64,000 nucleotides of DNA from a virus (lineage: Duplodnaviria; Caudoviricetes). Within the stretch, counting starts at the first letter, position 1. Every line of letters begins with the position of its first letter. Made by a program: the position numbers and the translations under genes. The stretch lies in the IMG/VR virus record IMGVR_UViG_3300008954_000001. One strand, given 5' to 3'. Below, piece after piece: positions 39,001-47,020 of this stretch. The notes under the pieces were generated by a model. That model did no database searches and was not told the DNA's origin. It saw nothing but the letters and a program-made list of their open reading frames with translations.

Positions 39001-40050
39001 GGAGGTCGTGTCCGAAGACACCCACTTCACATTCCAAACATAAACTGAACTCTCTGGTTGAAAGCTGTTCCCCGCCCGATCTGTCATCGTATAAGGGTGC
39101 CTCAAGACAAGCTCTAACCTGTCATAAAAGGCCGCCGCATCCGCAGGTATGCCGTAATACTCGAAGGGGTCTACGGTATAAAGACCGATTTTAAGGAACC
39201 CGTCTTCAGGGCCGAAGTTCCCGGAATCCCAATCAAGAGCCTCTACCGCTTTCAACTTAACATCAAGAGGGGCCTGTTGGCCCCCACTCGCTTTCAGCGT
39301 AAACCCCCACTGAGAATTGGCACTCCAAGAATTATTCGGCAAATGTTCCGAAAACCGCATCTCAAACACCCAATTAAAGGTGTTTGTCATAAGGGTGGCT
39401 AACTGTGGGTCGGGGTAGAGGTATTCAATCCATGGTGTAATATGCTCCGCATACCAATCCACGGATTCTGTTTGAAGCATGTTCCCAGCATCGTCTTGAA
39501 TGGGGCTTCGAGAATACGAAGGGTGGTTGAGCGTCAAAGTCAGATATTGATCGGGGAAGCTAAAAGTCCCGTCAGGCTCAAACACACTCCCCGCAAAAAT
39601 AAGGTGTGCGGACCTCCTGTCAGGGGACACCACAACACGTTCAATATAGAGACTTCCAATCCCTACACTACCTTGAAAAAGGTAGTTGCTGACCAGTTCC
39701 GCATTTTGCACGGCTTCCGTAAAGATGACTCGAATCCCATTGTTGAGAAGATAGGCTCCGTTGAAAAAGCCTTGATCTGACGGAACGGTGGCCAAAATCC
39801 TTGGGGCCTGAAGATCCACATCTTTTCGAGGGGGGACAATATGGCCATAAATAGTAGCTTGGGGAAAACCATTCGCCGTAGCGGAATCTGTATCAACGCC
39901 CGGCTTGAAAGGAACCTTCAACAAATTTTCGTGGGTGGCACTCATCGTGTTTGGGTTGAATACCGCTTTCCCGATACTCGCACCCCCAGAAAGGCGGTTG
40001 CCTGTGCTCTTCCCATAGTAAAATTTATCGTCAGCCACGGTCGCCTCCAT
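33100..40050 (-). CDS. Giant Ig-like repeat protein (about 2310 aa), probable virion adhesin/fibre
   Basis: SbsA/Big_5-like repeats (P.....P......V.F.EAV) at the N-terminus, four Big_2-like repeats (LQLK..ATYSD...W.SS....TV...G.VT) near the C-terminus, acidic GDDS tail. Probable start GTG at 40038 after GGAGG. Confidence 0.8.
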   Translation of the reverse strand: MEATVADDKFYYGKSTGNRLSGGASIGKAVFNPNTMSATHENLLKVPFKPGVDTDSATANGFPQATIYGHIVPPRKDVDLQAPRILATVPSDQGFFNGAYLLNNGIRVIFTEAVQNAELVSNYLFQGSVGIGSLYIERVVVSPDRRSAHLIFAGSVFEPDGTFSFPDQYLTLTLNHPSYSRSPIQDDAGNMLQTESVDWYAEHITPWIEYLYPDPQLATLMTNTFNWVFEMRFSEHLPNNSWSANSQWGFTLKASGGQQAPLDVKLKAVEALDWDSGNFGPEDGFLKIGLYTVDPFEYYGIPADAAAFYDRLELVLRHPYTMTDRAGNSFQPESSVYVWNVKWVSSDTTSPVATFINPSPVVTYIGNVARTSDNALISNVRSVLVGFDEAVENPTDPSMWSVNGESGLTISEVHLVDSHEHVQAITVKFEANATTAPNAKFKLSHFLTDANGNTATELPLVLMEAQYPQLAQTGAQGVYHINHETNGDWDGEAPVQFTTAVKHMEPNALLAFYEGAGVTVYTVGTNGVETVATDVVASLKFVQPMKDSHPRFAELTDEQKKDVSEQIWAHKLSFDLTTVSGTPIPYGDGLYRIRLTLKPLYTYDGKGYPQVPRGNPSETNPDALAPHMQCAGWGNPLSSGLYSDIFSDSWDGVVYIDVQNHPEPVPPLEVLSVTPSEGSTISNDGGVTTFTFNQAITSINSAYVKVKDANGDWVLYDPQEYVNVIISGSSASLTYYGPNGGLYPAGEAVKFCVDEITLAADGSLAYGPWEAEYVFVDGEIAITDLVKNDNKVTLSVSLGADVSNWRVKIISWEDEDQYFYMDWDWSTANTEVEIPWDFDLTGAYTIAVETQVVGGWSGFEATATVDFDYSIEVFYNVIYEQVEANQTPEPTKIDLAFGAGEDVSFLVRTGSNPTATYNFPIVEIPFGSVGNETDFAGLENYARQYSFTVDQPFDDALGQMVPGTYIFTTQGSFDSSGTVTCGVPTGVSFDIEEIGDTWFQHGRHGIKLAPAGVSYMSTCLLTLETPDGDKSFSGAYSHSVTDSGKPAFIFGPFHWDVDTNGGEDLDTSYAYGNNPPNAQTGTPTHVLAGVHKATFAWSSGTTEIMDVEIKDHGLHVVFNEIGDDGRVEVTVTEDDPNGKMDTIWLYNDILLPVGGSAAMDVGSTYTTSELENGTYNYVVEGYSDTEESGATSPFADYAMYRWEGTFEVQNKKPTVYSWDAEYRTDSGDTYYVPSYNPNEELPVKQGSTSSAGTIYIKFSPKADQETYTNPPWVHYKLEPLNGSLVIDEGYVDLTAEGEVEKSWSHENFPLLTKGTYRLWLTMREADKTTLIGGLNYKDYTIDVMAPRYSNTGAVSGAITQNYGSEENGDQYTTTSMWRFLASGDHYAPQHSFYDPAFNALTLHYDEAMDTDTLKVKSLPDPRTSTGWDDWKKHVDWGIFSSDDNYQYRKIRETAAADIYGNRQNSWTSQKVFMEKIDKPILVDVRNLTPEDVNIDAAPQDYVYKGRFGGIIHMEGDVSTWTVDGDQQWSDVVNRSTQHFSYEATGNSYALPGVDHWKQYATDTFYEASCSTKTVVLELHYSEALEHSPEVILHGEHFAPILPWPMLGGDFSGPKTPTYFFGVPKPLVPKVQMNAGKGGSYFDPYPVSTPWSTELKDISQTYVIHRASLDGVTVASDEMCFIKLCEKGLETATADFNYYAGSMGTYDPPSEVGGISRTDRGDTRLWTSEGTVGKVVRVALNFESMLFGKVSVMPVPGHPDQYGIPICLEIRQKEGPYDTTLGPDRITFWLLWNGISDEGVDLTDSWDVDWWAHNDVESTDRSVYWPNNDTALGRTFEFANADLNLTQHSNRKSFVWDRQAIVGYTPHVYVASIDVTTADGSDTASLEEGSTLQLKVTATYSDGSTGDITSSTGLQWNSSSETNALVDDNGLVTGVLASTFATEISAKVMDASDSIAITVTDPVVTLSSIHIVDADGHFDFAATVGDALQLKALGTYSDSSQAALNGTDLSWSVSDSGAFTIDNYDDISGIVTLKASVEGSETVYATYGTKTTDVALTAKAAQPIMTSIRIEDSATNTVPTQIDQAGQLDLTVVGIWNNGMEQNLETAAYTTSWSISPAGAGTITADGVYTANTDETVVDITATVDGSFNDTVSLAVITAPAATITTLTIKDLQGKDSGFAVPAGQDLILKAEAVWSDGFVQTLTTTHGILWNSSDPTTATISSDGVVTGKRAGTATIKVSVTVGLNQSEASAPVLVLQEGGAPDGGDTGGDDSGDTGGDDSGDTGGDDSGDTGGDDSGLNDDFTNPDDPDTDHDALG
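33161..33260. repeat. Perfect 24-bp tandem repeat (about 4.2 copies) encoding GDTGGDDS
   Basis: CCGCTATCGTCACCGCCAGTGTCG at 33161, 33185, 33209 and 33233. Confidence 0.95.
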
Positions 40051-40184
40051 TCACAAGGCCAGATGAAGCCCCTGTTCTATGGATAGTGGGCTATAGACCT
40101 TCCAACGGAGAGCGACCTCAAAAGTCCTCGGTAAAGTGGCAATCTTTTGGTTAGTGTGGAGCAACTACTGTATAGGAGACTTGA

Positions 40185-41243
40185 ATGGGCGATCTCAAAA
40201 ATGTCGTCATGGTATTAGGCCCGTCCGCTGGACGGTGGCCTTTGCTATTGGGGACAGCATATGAGACTCGCAAAATCCTTCAAGAAAATGGCTACAACCT
40301 CATAGCGGTCGGGGGAGACTCCGGGGGTGCTTTAGTCGCCGCCATGCTCGCAGCAGACGTTGATCCTATCACTTGGATCAACGACCACGGCCATCGCCTC
40401 AAAGGGGCGAAGATTGGCGGAAGCTTTATTGGTTGGATCAACGCCTTCTACAACTTCTTCAAATACGGGGGATTCCTTCAAGCGAACAAGCTGTACGAAG
40501 AAATCGGCAAGGTCGCCATCGAGCCGCACCAACCGAAAATCCCATGCTACGCCTATGCTTGGTCCTTATCTTCGGAAAGAGAAGTGGTGTTTCCAGTACA
40601 CAAAATGGCACTGCATCGGGACACCAGAGATCATTGGGCCATGCCTATCTTTGCTTCCATGGCTTTGCCGGGAGCACTATGCCCCATGGTAATCCCAAAC
40701 CAACTTATCTTGGACAACGAATTCGACACGCTCCATATCCCCCCCGAATACCGAACACATGGGGTTTCTTGTTTCGGAGATGGGGGGACATCATCTTATT
40801 GCCCTTACGATATGTGTTTAGATGTTGGGGAGTTATATCCCCCCGAAGACGGCCACCGAGACGACCCTCCTATGTGGGTCCAATCCGAAATCGATGATGT
40901 TGAGATCCGCCACGAAATGCCTTTAACTTTGGCGGTTGTCTTAGATGACCCACAGCCTCCATACGACCCAAACTTTATGGAACGGCCAGCCCTTACCAAA
41001 TTCTTCAACTCTTGTTGGGGGGCCTTAAGAGCGAACGCAAATGAAGATCGTGAAGATATGGCCGGGAACCCATGCTTTACTATGTGGTCCCGCACTCCAG
41101 AGCGACATTGGAAATGGTTGCTGCGATTCGATGCCCCATTAGAGGCCCTTCACGATATGTTTGAGGCGGGGCGAGAAAGTGCTCGTACCGAAATGGTGGG
41201 CATCCTTGAAAAGATGCACCACGGCATGTCGGATTGCGATTAG
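40185..41243 (+). CDS. Patatin-like phospholipase
   Basis: Nucleophile elbow GGDSGGA (GxSxG), ASMALPG, and the DGG motif (FGDGG). Confidence 0.85.
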   Translation: MGDLKNVVMVLGPSAGRWPLLLGTAYETRKILQENGYNLIAVGGDSGGALVAAMLAADVDPITWINDHGHRLKGAKIGGSFIGWINAFYNFFKYGGFLQANKLYEEIGKVAIEPHQPKIPCYAYAWSLSSEREVVFPVHKMALHRDTRDHWAMPIFASMALPGALCPMVIPNQLILDNEFDTLHIPPEYRTHGVSCFGDGGTSSYCPYDMCLDVGELYPPEDGHRDDPPMWVQSEIDDVEIRHEMPLTLAVVLDDPQPPYDPNFMERPALTKFFNSCWGALRANANEDREDMAGNPCFTMWSRTPERHWKWLLRFDAPLEALHDMFEAGRESARTEMVGILEKMHHGMSDCD

Positions 41244-41557
41244 GACTCGTACACGGCCATCACAGCCCCATTGTAGGTTTCGCAGTGATACCCGTTCAAG
41301 GACTCCGTAACTTTGGTCCAGCCTTCAGTGATCGGCCAACCACCACCACACTCATAGGCAGGGTTAGGGATGCCTGACTCGGTGTGAATCACGACCGCTG
41401 CGGTCGGGGACCAACCTCCAGGGTCGCCTTTCCCTGTAAAGGTAGCCTTACGGATAACGGCCATCTTCTCGGCTTTGGTGTTGCCTGGGATATACCCCTC
41501 GAACACCTCAAAAATTGACTCCCGTACTTGGGTTATTACTCGTTTCGCCATACTCAC
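41240..41557 (-). CDS. Hypothetical protein
   Basis: About 103 aa. Likely start ATG at 41551 after GAGGTG. Divergent from the HTH gene. Confidence 0.7.
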   Translation of the reverse strand: MSMAKRVITQVRESIFEVFEGYIPGNTKAEKMAVIRKATFTGKGDPGGWSPTAAVVIHTESGIPNPAYECGGGWPITEGWTKVTESLNGYHCETYNGAVMAVYES

Positions 41558-41565
41558 CTCTTTCT

Positions 41566-41617
41566 AACTTTGCGCCTTAAAGTTCAACTTTGCGCCTTAA
41601 AGTTGGGGATTATCCCC
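41566..41617. promoter_or_regulatory. Tandem palindromic operator-like array
   Basis: AACTTT-GCGCCTT-AAAGTT at 41566-41584 and 41586-41604, then the palindrome GGGGAT-T-ATCCCC at 41605-41617, in the spacer before an XRE regulator. Confidence 0.7.
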
Positions 41618-41699
41618 GCATATTCAAACTACCGCTGAACCGTAAAATCGGCCCCCCCTGACCATCCTGCATATTTATCAGTAAGATAGAAGCCAGCCG

Positions 41700-42332
41700 T
41701 TGCTGGTGAATAACTACTCTAAGAGGAATAGACTTATGCTCTCCATTGTCTGCAAGCACTGGCAAATCAGTGCGGAGGAGTTCGGACGGATCTTCAATGT
41801 CCCCGAACCCGATGTGGAAAAGATCCTTTCAGGACAAGGGACTCTTCCCCACCACACCTACGAACGATTTACCCGTGTCATCCAAACAGCGGAGTCCATT
41901 ACGGGGGACGGGGATGTTGCTGCCGCTTTGCGCCAATACCAAGAGGACAACGGTCTGAACTTGGTAGATGTCGCTAACAAGTTGGGTATGGAACGGGATT
42001 CCGTTCGCCGTTGGGTTCGAGAAGAGGCCGCCCCAAAGCGCAACAGTCTTTTGAAGATTGCCGCTATGATCAACCAATCCCCTATCGAGGAAGAATGGAT
42101 GTATGAAATGGAAGGCTTTCGCCGCCATTCCAAGATCCTCGGCATCTCTCAAAGCTGGCTGGCGAAGCAGCTTGAGTCGAGCACTCCCACGGTAAACCAG
42201 TGGATCAATGGCAAGACCGTTCCTCGTAAGGCCACTATCGAGCGATGGCTTCCGTGGGTGCGGCGATTCAATGAGAACGCCAAGACTCTTTCAGAAGGGG
42301 TGTTGGACATCCCACCTAAAGACAACCAGTAG
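41700..42332 (+). CDS. XRE/Cro-family regulator with three tandem HTH domains
   Basis: ISAEEFGRIFNVPEPDVEKILSG; LNLVDVANKLGMERDSVRRWVRE..P; ISQSWLAKQLESSTPTVNQWINGKTVP. Confidence 0.85.
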   Translation: MLVNNYSKRNRLMLSIVCKHWQISAEEFGRIFNVPEPDVEKILSGQGTLPHHTYERFTRVIQTAESITGDGDVAAALRQYQEDNGLNLVDVANKLGMERDSVRRWVREEAAPKRNSLLKIAAMINQSPIEEEWMYEMEGFRRHSKILGISQSWLAKQLESSTPTVNQWINGKTVPRKATIERWLPWVRRFNENAKTLSEGVLDIPPKDNQ

Positions 42333-42600
42333 CGTAAGCGTGGTCGTATAAGCTGGTCACGTGCTGGTGAAGCCTTCTTTCCGAAGCTAACCAAGTCTGA
42401 AACTCTGACTCATGTTCTTGGCGGGTAATTGTACCTGCCTCGAACGCTTGGGTTGCCATACCCATCTGACCAGAAAGCCTGTCCCTTTCAGCTTGTACAG
42501 CTAAAATCTCCCCCACAAGGGGGCGGCAACGCTTTTCAAGAGCAGAGGTGTGAGCACACCCCACACAAGCAAGCAAGATGGACAGGAAGGCAATCCTCAT
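42316..42600 (-). CDS. Small lipoprotein
   Basis: MRIAFLSILLACVGC signal peptide with lipobox VGC. The track start upstream overlaps the capsid terminator. Confidence 0.7.
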   Translation of the reverse strand: MRIAFLSILLACVGCAHTSALEKRCRPLVGEILAVQAERDRLSGQMGMATQAFEAGTITRQEHESEFQTWLASERRLHQHVTSLYDHAYATGCL

Positions 42601-42618
42601 ACTGGATTGTACCCACAC

Positions 42619-42661
42619 AAAAAAAGAAGCCCCCTCACACCACAAGGGCATGAGGGGGCTT
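42619..42661 (-). terminator. Intrinsic terminator after the major capsid gene
   Basis: 11-bp stem AAGCCCCCTCA/TGAGGGGGCTT followed on the minus strand by CTTTTTTT. Confidence 0.88.
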
Positions 42662-42689
42662 GAATCTCGGTTTAGAACCGAAGCTCGAC

Positions 42690-43559
42690 TTAGCGAGTAA
42701 TGCTGAGTCGTGTCAACCCACGGGGGTTGAAGGCACCAAGTCCAAGGTTCTCGAACACGGAGAATCCGATAGTACGAGCCTTGGGATCATCGGCACTGAG
42801 CACGGTAAGCTCGGTACGAACCGGGATACGACCGAACATCTCTGGCTCACAGCAGACATAAGTCACGCCGTTAGGAACCAAACGAGACACGATCACCTGA
42901 GCACCCCAAAGGGTTCCCATGAGACCAGTCTTGAGGAGAGCCGCTTGGCTCTCGATGTCCAGAATGTCCCGACCAAACTTACGAAGGTCAGCATAGTCAC
43001 GAGCGTTCATGAACACACGAGCAACACGAAGGTCGTGACGCTCAATCAGGGCGAAAGCGTCAGCCAGCACGGAGCCACTAATCGGGGCAACGACGGACTG
43101 ATTCTGCTCAACCTGAATGGAGTCAAAACCATTGGAAGCAATGGTGTCAAGAACTGCGAATACTCGCTCATCTTCAGCGGCCTGGATCTGGGCACGGGCC
43201 AAGTCCTGAGCACGTTCAATGAGGTCGAATCGACGTTCCTTGATCTGGGTTAGTGGAATTTCGGGATTACTGGCGATCTCGAAAAGAGGGAAGATCACAC
43301 GACGAGGCTTGGTGACAGCGACGATATTCTCGCCTTCCTCACCAACCACATACGCAGTCACATCGGGGTCTTTATCGTAGATCGGCAAAGCACCATCCGG
43401 CAACTGCTCGACCAAAAAGGTCTTACGGCCAACGGCGGTGTAATCTCGACGGGTACGGAGCGGCTGTGTCATCGAAGCTGCGAGCTTGGCACGACCCTGA
43501 GGGGTCTTGATGTACTCACTGATGATACGCTGCTTTACGGCATTTGATACGTTCGACAT
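42690..43559 (-). CDS. Major capsid protein (HK97 fold, 289 aa)
   Basis: Start MSNVSN after AAGGAGG. HK97-like pattern (RRVIFPLFEIASNPEI...AQIQAAEDERVFAVL...VFMNARDYADL...GTLWGAQVIVS...FSVFENLGL). Last gene of the head module, followed by a strong terminator. Confidence 0.88.
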   Translation of the reverse strand: MSNVSNAVKQRIISEYIKTPQGRAKLAASMTQPLRTRRDYTAVGRKTFLVEQLPDGALPIYDKDPDVTAYVVGEEGENIVAVTKPRRVIFPLFEIASNPEIPLTQIKERRFDLIERAQDLARAQIQAAEDERVFAVLDTIASNGFDSIQVEQNQSVVAPISGSVLADAFALIERHDLRVARVFMNARDYADLRKFGRDILDIESQAALLKTGLMGTLWGAQVIVSRLVPNGVTYVCCEPEMFGRIPVRTELTVLSADDPKARTIGFSVFENLGLGAFNPRGLTRLSITR

Positions 43560-43569
43560 GATAACCTCC

Positions 43570-44187
43570 TTATACCCGCTGGTCGTAGACGATTTCGTCT
43601 TGGGTTGCGTCAGCAGGCATCTTGAGAACGCCGATAACGATATCCGTTGCGCCACCTGCACCAGCATAGCCATTGGCCTGAAGGTGCGAGTTGTTAGCAT
43701 CTGCAACATTCGTGAGATAGCCGTTCTGGGAAGCAACCAACTCTTCGCCACATGCGTAGGTCAAGTCGTCAGTCGTATCCAAGTTCTGCGTCTCAAAAAG
43801 TGCGTTTGCGTAACAGCCCTGTGCAGAAACATACGGTCCCTTACCACTGGCGGTGCCAGGGGTGTTCTCGAAACTGTTTCCGTTTGCGGTGTTAATGAAG
43901 CAACCGAGGGGAAGAGCCGTAGCGGTGGCCGAGGGGCCTCCGATTTGGTTCGATCCGCCGCCGCTGCCTGCGTCACGGGTGAAAGCTACGCTACCGCTCA
44001 GAACACCTAAAGTAGAGGTGTCGGTCTGATCGGAGATCGTAGCCGCTGTGGTAACGATTGGGGGGTTCGCCTGAGTGAAAGCATCGTCACAAAGTACACC
44101 AACGGTATTACGAACACCGATATGCAAAATGCGAAGAGCTGAACTACTCTCAGTGAAACCGCCACTCGCCTGTCCAAGTAGAGCCAT
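43570..44187 (-). CDS. Putative head decoration/cement protein
   Basis: 205 aa, Gly/Ala/Thr-rich, immediately upstream of the MCP in its own two-gene unit. Confidence 0.65.
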   Translation of the reverse strand: MALLGQASGGFTESSSALRILHIGVRNTVGVLCDDAFTQANPPIVTTAATISDQTDTSTLGVLSGSVAFTRDAGSGGGSNQIGGPSATATALPLGCFINTANGNSFENTPGTASGKGPYVSAQGCYANALFETQNLDTTDDLTYACGEELVASQNGYLTNVADANNSHLQANGYAGAGGATDIVIGVLKMPADATQDEIVYDQRV

Positions 44188-44306
44188 GATATTCTCCTTC
44201 TGGCTTTACTCCCTGTTCGGGAGGGTGGTTGAAAAACGCCCCAAAAAAATCTCTAAGGCGGTGCTCTTTCAAAAGGGACGAGCAGCCCCTATGTATAAGA
44301 CTCGCC

Positions 44307-44322
44307 TATTGACGGCCTATTG
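44307..44322 (-). promoter_or_regulatory. Putative promoter/motif for the decoration-capsid unit (CAATA-ggcc-GTCAAT-A; TCAATAGGC twice)
   Basis: Directly downstream of the 44326-44364 terminator. Degenerate match to the shared motif. Confidence 0.5.
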
Positions 44323-44325
44323 AAC

Positions 44326-44364
44326 AAAAACCCCCCCGTTGCGAAAAAACAACGGGGGGGTTTT
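44326..44364. terminator. Intrinsic terminator after the scaffold gene
   Basis: AAAACCCCCCCGTTG-8 nt-CAACGGGGGGGTTTT (15-bp arms including A/T tails). Confidence 0.9.
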
Positions 44365-44390
44365 ACGAATCAAGGGATAATCAGCGACTT

Positions 44391-45602
44391 TTAGTTGCCG
44401 AAAACATCCGAGACATCAGGAGCCACCGCCCAGAGCTTCGAGAGATCGTTGACCTCTGAAGTTGCCTGTTTGGTAACCGTACCAAGAGACTTGGCACCCT
44501 TACTGGCCTTGCGAGCCTTGGGCTTCAAGTTGGCCTTTTTAGCCGAAGCCTGCTTCACAGCCGCTTCCTTGCCACCCTCGTCGTCACCTTCGTCGGCATC
44601 GGCATCGTCGTCACCTTCGTCGGCATCGTCGTCACCTTCATCCGCATCCTCATCGTCTGCGGTCTTGCCACCGAAAAGCTGTGCAAGAAGATCATCGTTG
44701 GCTTCGATCTGATCGCCAAGACCCATAGGATCTTCATCAGCAACCATCTCAAGGCCAATCTCTCCACCCATGTCGTCCATCGGAGCACCCATCGGAGCAC
44801 CGTCGTCTTCCAAGAGAGGAGCCTCTTCTTCAAGAGCCTCGTCAAGAGCGTCGGCTTCGGGAGCCAGCATTTCAGCCAACATCGCCTCAACTTCGTCATC
44901 ACCAGCTTCCAAGCCTTCGGGGGCTTCAGCTTCCATACCACAAGCCACAGGCTCGTCCTCTTCAGCGAAAAGGGTCGCTTCGGGTTCTGGCTCTGGCTCG
45001 CCTTCTTCGGCCAACATAGCGGCAAGCAGTTCCTCGGCTACCATATCAGCAGCGTCGGCTTCCTTGCCCCCATAACCAAGTTCAGGGTCGTTCTGAGCAC
45101 GGCTGTAGGCTTCCTTGTCATCCTCATCACCTTCATCATCGGCCAAAAAAGCGGCAGAAAGACGATCCATGGTGGCGTTGATGGCATCACGGGTCAGGTC
45201 CATAAAGTCTACGGCCTGATCTTCCACAGTCTCCGCAGTAGCGGCCTTACCTAAAAGGGCCTGTGCAATACGGATACACTTGGCAGCCTTACGCTCGGCA
45301 GCTTTACGCTGCATAGCGGCCTTCTTCTCGGAAGGTGCGGCACCCTTGGCATCAGCCTTCGCTGCGGGGTGATCGGGATCCCAGCCATACGAGGCGGGGG
45401 CCGGTCCCTGTGCGTAGGGGCCAGGTGCAACATCTTCAGCGAAGTCACTCGGCTCAGAGCCAGTACCGTTGCCGTCATTATCAATCAGATAATCATCGAC
45501 TTCGGGATCGGCCTTATGAGCAGGGTGCTCAGGCTCCCAGCCATAGGAGGCTGGAGGTTGTGCTGCATTACGTTGAGTCATTCGGATTCGGGATTTTGCC
45601 AT
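44391..45602 (-). CDS. Putative scaffolding protein
   Basis: Very acidic low-complexity protein between protease and capsid genes, with a basic C-terminal tip and DADEG repeats. Confidence 0.7.
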   Translation of the reverse strand: MAKSRIRMTQRNAAQPPASYGWEPEHPAHKADPEVDDYLIDNDGNGTGSEPSDFAEDVAPGPYAQGPAPASYGWDPDHPAAKADAKGAAPSEKKAAMQRKAAERKAAKCIRIAQALLGKAATAETVEDQAVDFMDLTRDAINATMDRLSAAFLADDEGDEDDKEAYSRAQNDPELGYGGKEADAADMVAEELLAAMLAEEGEPEPEPEATLFAEEDEPVACGMEAEAPEGLEAGDDEVEAMLAEMLAPEADALDEALEEEAPLLEDDGAPMGAPMDDMGGEIGLEMVADEDPMGLGDQIEANDDLLAQLFGGKTADDEDADEGDDDADEGDDDADADEGDDEGGKEAAVKQASAKKANLKPKARKASKGAKSLGTVTKQATSEVNDLSKLWAVAPDVSDVFGN

Positions 45603-45630
45603 GGTAAAGTCCTCCTTGTAGGCGTTTTTG

Positions 45631-47019
45631 TTAATCCGTGTGCGAGATGAGCTTGCCCAGACGGACTAACGCCTTGGCTTCTGTCAAAGAGGGCTTACGT
45701 CCAAGTGCTCTCGTACATGCACTTAGATACCCAGTTAAATTGTCGTACTTCTTTGTTGAACCGAGTTTTAAGGCGGCTCGATAGATTTCCACAGGAAACA
45801 TGATTTTGTGATGGTTGTTATAGGTGGCTACCCGGTTGATAAGATCAGCAGGTTTCGTGGAAGTGTCTAAAATCGCTTGTAGTCCAATAAGATACGTCTG
45901 TTTATCTGCGCCACGGGCTTCCCGCTGAAGCGTATCGTTCGGGGCCATTGAAGAGTCGCCGTCCCCTTCGGGGGCACCCTCCAAGTCCTTTTCAATACGC
46001 TGACGAGCTTTGGAAAGAATCTTTCCAACAATCTTATCTTCCAGTTCTTGGAGTGGAGAAGCATCTTCCTCCCCACCCACCTCATCTGGAACATCAGGAT
46101 CATCCCAACCAGCGAAAACGAGTGAGGAGGCTGCGGCTTTCGCCAAGCCCCCATCGGCCCATTCTTTCGGGAGGGAAGATAATACTTCTTGAGCTTGCTT
46201 CTTCGCAGAATCGCTCATCTCCAACGGGGAGACAATATTTCGCATAACCGCACCCGCAAATGCGGGAGTTGCTACCCAACTGGCTTCGATGAAGGTCACT
46301 CCCCCTGTGGGATCAAGGGTTTGATGTCCACAGAGTTCAGCAATCCGATGTTGGCGGCCTTGATCATCAAAAAAGGTATTCCCCTTTTCGTATTTGATAT
46401 GACCACACATTTCGGTTTCATCGGCGGCAACATTTCCGCATTTTGTACATACGGTAAAGTCCACCGAACAGCCCATCGACATAGCTGCCATTCTGCCATT
46501 CTCAATCGCCTTTACTAAATCAGTGTGTTTGCGATTGGTGGCAATCAGAATGTCGATGTAAACGCTGTCCCCAATATCACGAGCAACCGCATCAATGATC
46601 CTGCCTTTCGACAGGTTTTCAATCTGAACATGCTCAACGAAGTTATGCGCCCCAATGAAAGTCTTGTAGGACTTCATTAGAACCTCACGGCTCCAAGCAT
46701 CCAGATTATTATTGATGAACTTATCGCAATCAGGAACGATCCTATAATCCGTATAGTTACGGACCACTTGTTGACCATCTTCTTGAGAAGACCCGACCTT
46801 TACTCCGGGGACATCTTCAACATCCACCGAGCAAACAATCGTCGCATGGGTCAAAAGGTGATCTTTGGGATCAAAGCTCGACCCAAGAAGCTCCGCCGCT
46901 CGTGCGGAAACCTTCGTAGCAAGTTCTGTGTCCTGTGCCGCTGTGCGAATCTTCTGCCAACTCTTCGGAGAGAGTTGTGGAGATACTACTTTCGCCTTCG
47001 CATACTTTAGAAAAGCCAT
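45631..47019 (-). CDS. Prohead (capsid maturation) protease with Cys/His insert
   Basis: HNFVEH...GRIIDA...MSMGC (His/Ser dyad-type motifs), CTKCG...CGH insert, FIEASWVATPAFAGA. Canonical position in the head module. Confidence 0.78.
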   Translation of the reverse strand: MAFLKYAKAKVVSPQLSPKSWQKIRTAAQDTELATKVSARAAELLGSSFDPKDHLLTHATIVCSVDVEDVPGVKVGSSQEDGQQVVRNYTDYRIVPDCDKFINNNLDAWSREVLMKSYKTFIGAHNFVEHVQIENLSKGRIIDAVARDIGDSVYIDILIATNRKHTDLVKAIENGRMAAMSMGCSVDFTVCTKCGNVAADETEMCGHIKYEKGNTFFDDQGRQHRIAELCGHQTLDPTGGVTFIEASWVATPAFAGAVMRNIVSPLEMSDSAKKQAQEVLSSLPKEWADGGLAKAAASSLVFAGWDDPDVPDEVGGEEDASPLQELEDKIVGKILSKARQRIEKDLEGAPEGDGDSSMAPNDTLQREARGADKQTYLIGLQAILDTSTKPADLINRVATYNNHHKIMFPVEIYRAALKLGSTKKYDNLTGYLSACTRALGRKPSLTEAKALVRLGKLISHTD

Positions 47020-47020
47020 A

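Noticed and set aside
41566-41604. Two identical 19-bp repeats as a mini-CRISPR array
   Set aside because: They are separated by 1 nt (no spacer), there are only two copies, and no cas genes are present. Better explained as operators.
42690-43751. 64-aa N-terminal extension of the MCP in the ORF track
   Set aside because: It overlaps the decoration gene. A strong SD (AAGGAGG) places the start at 43559.
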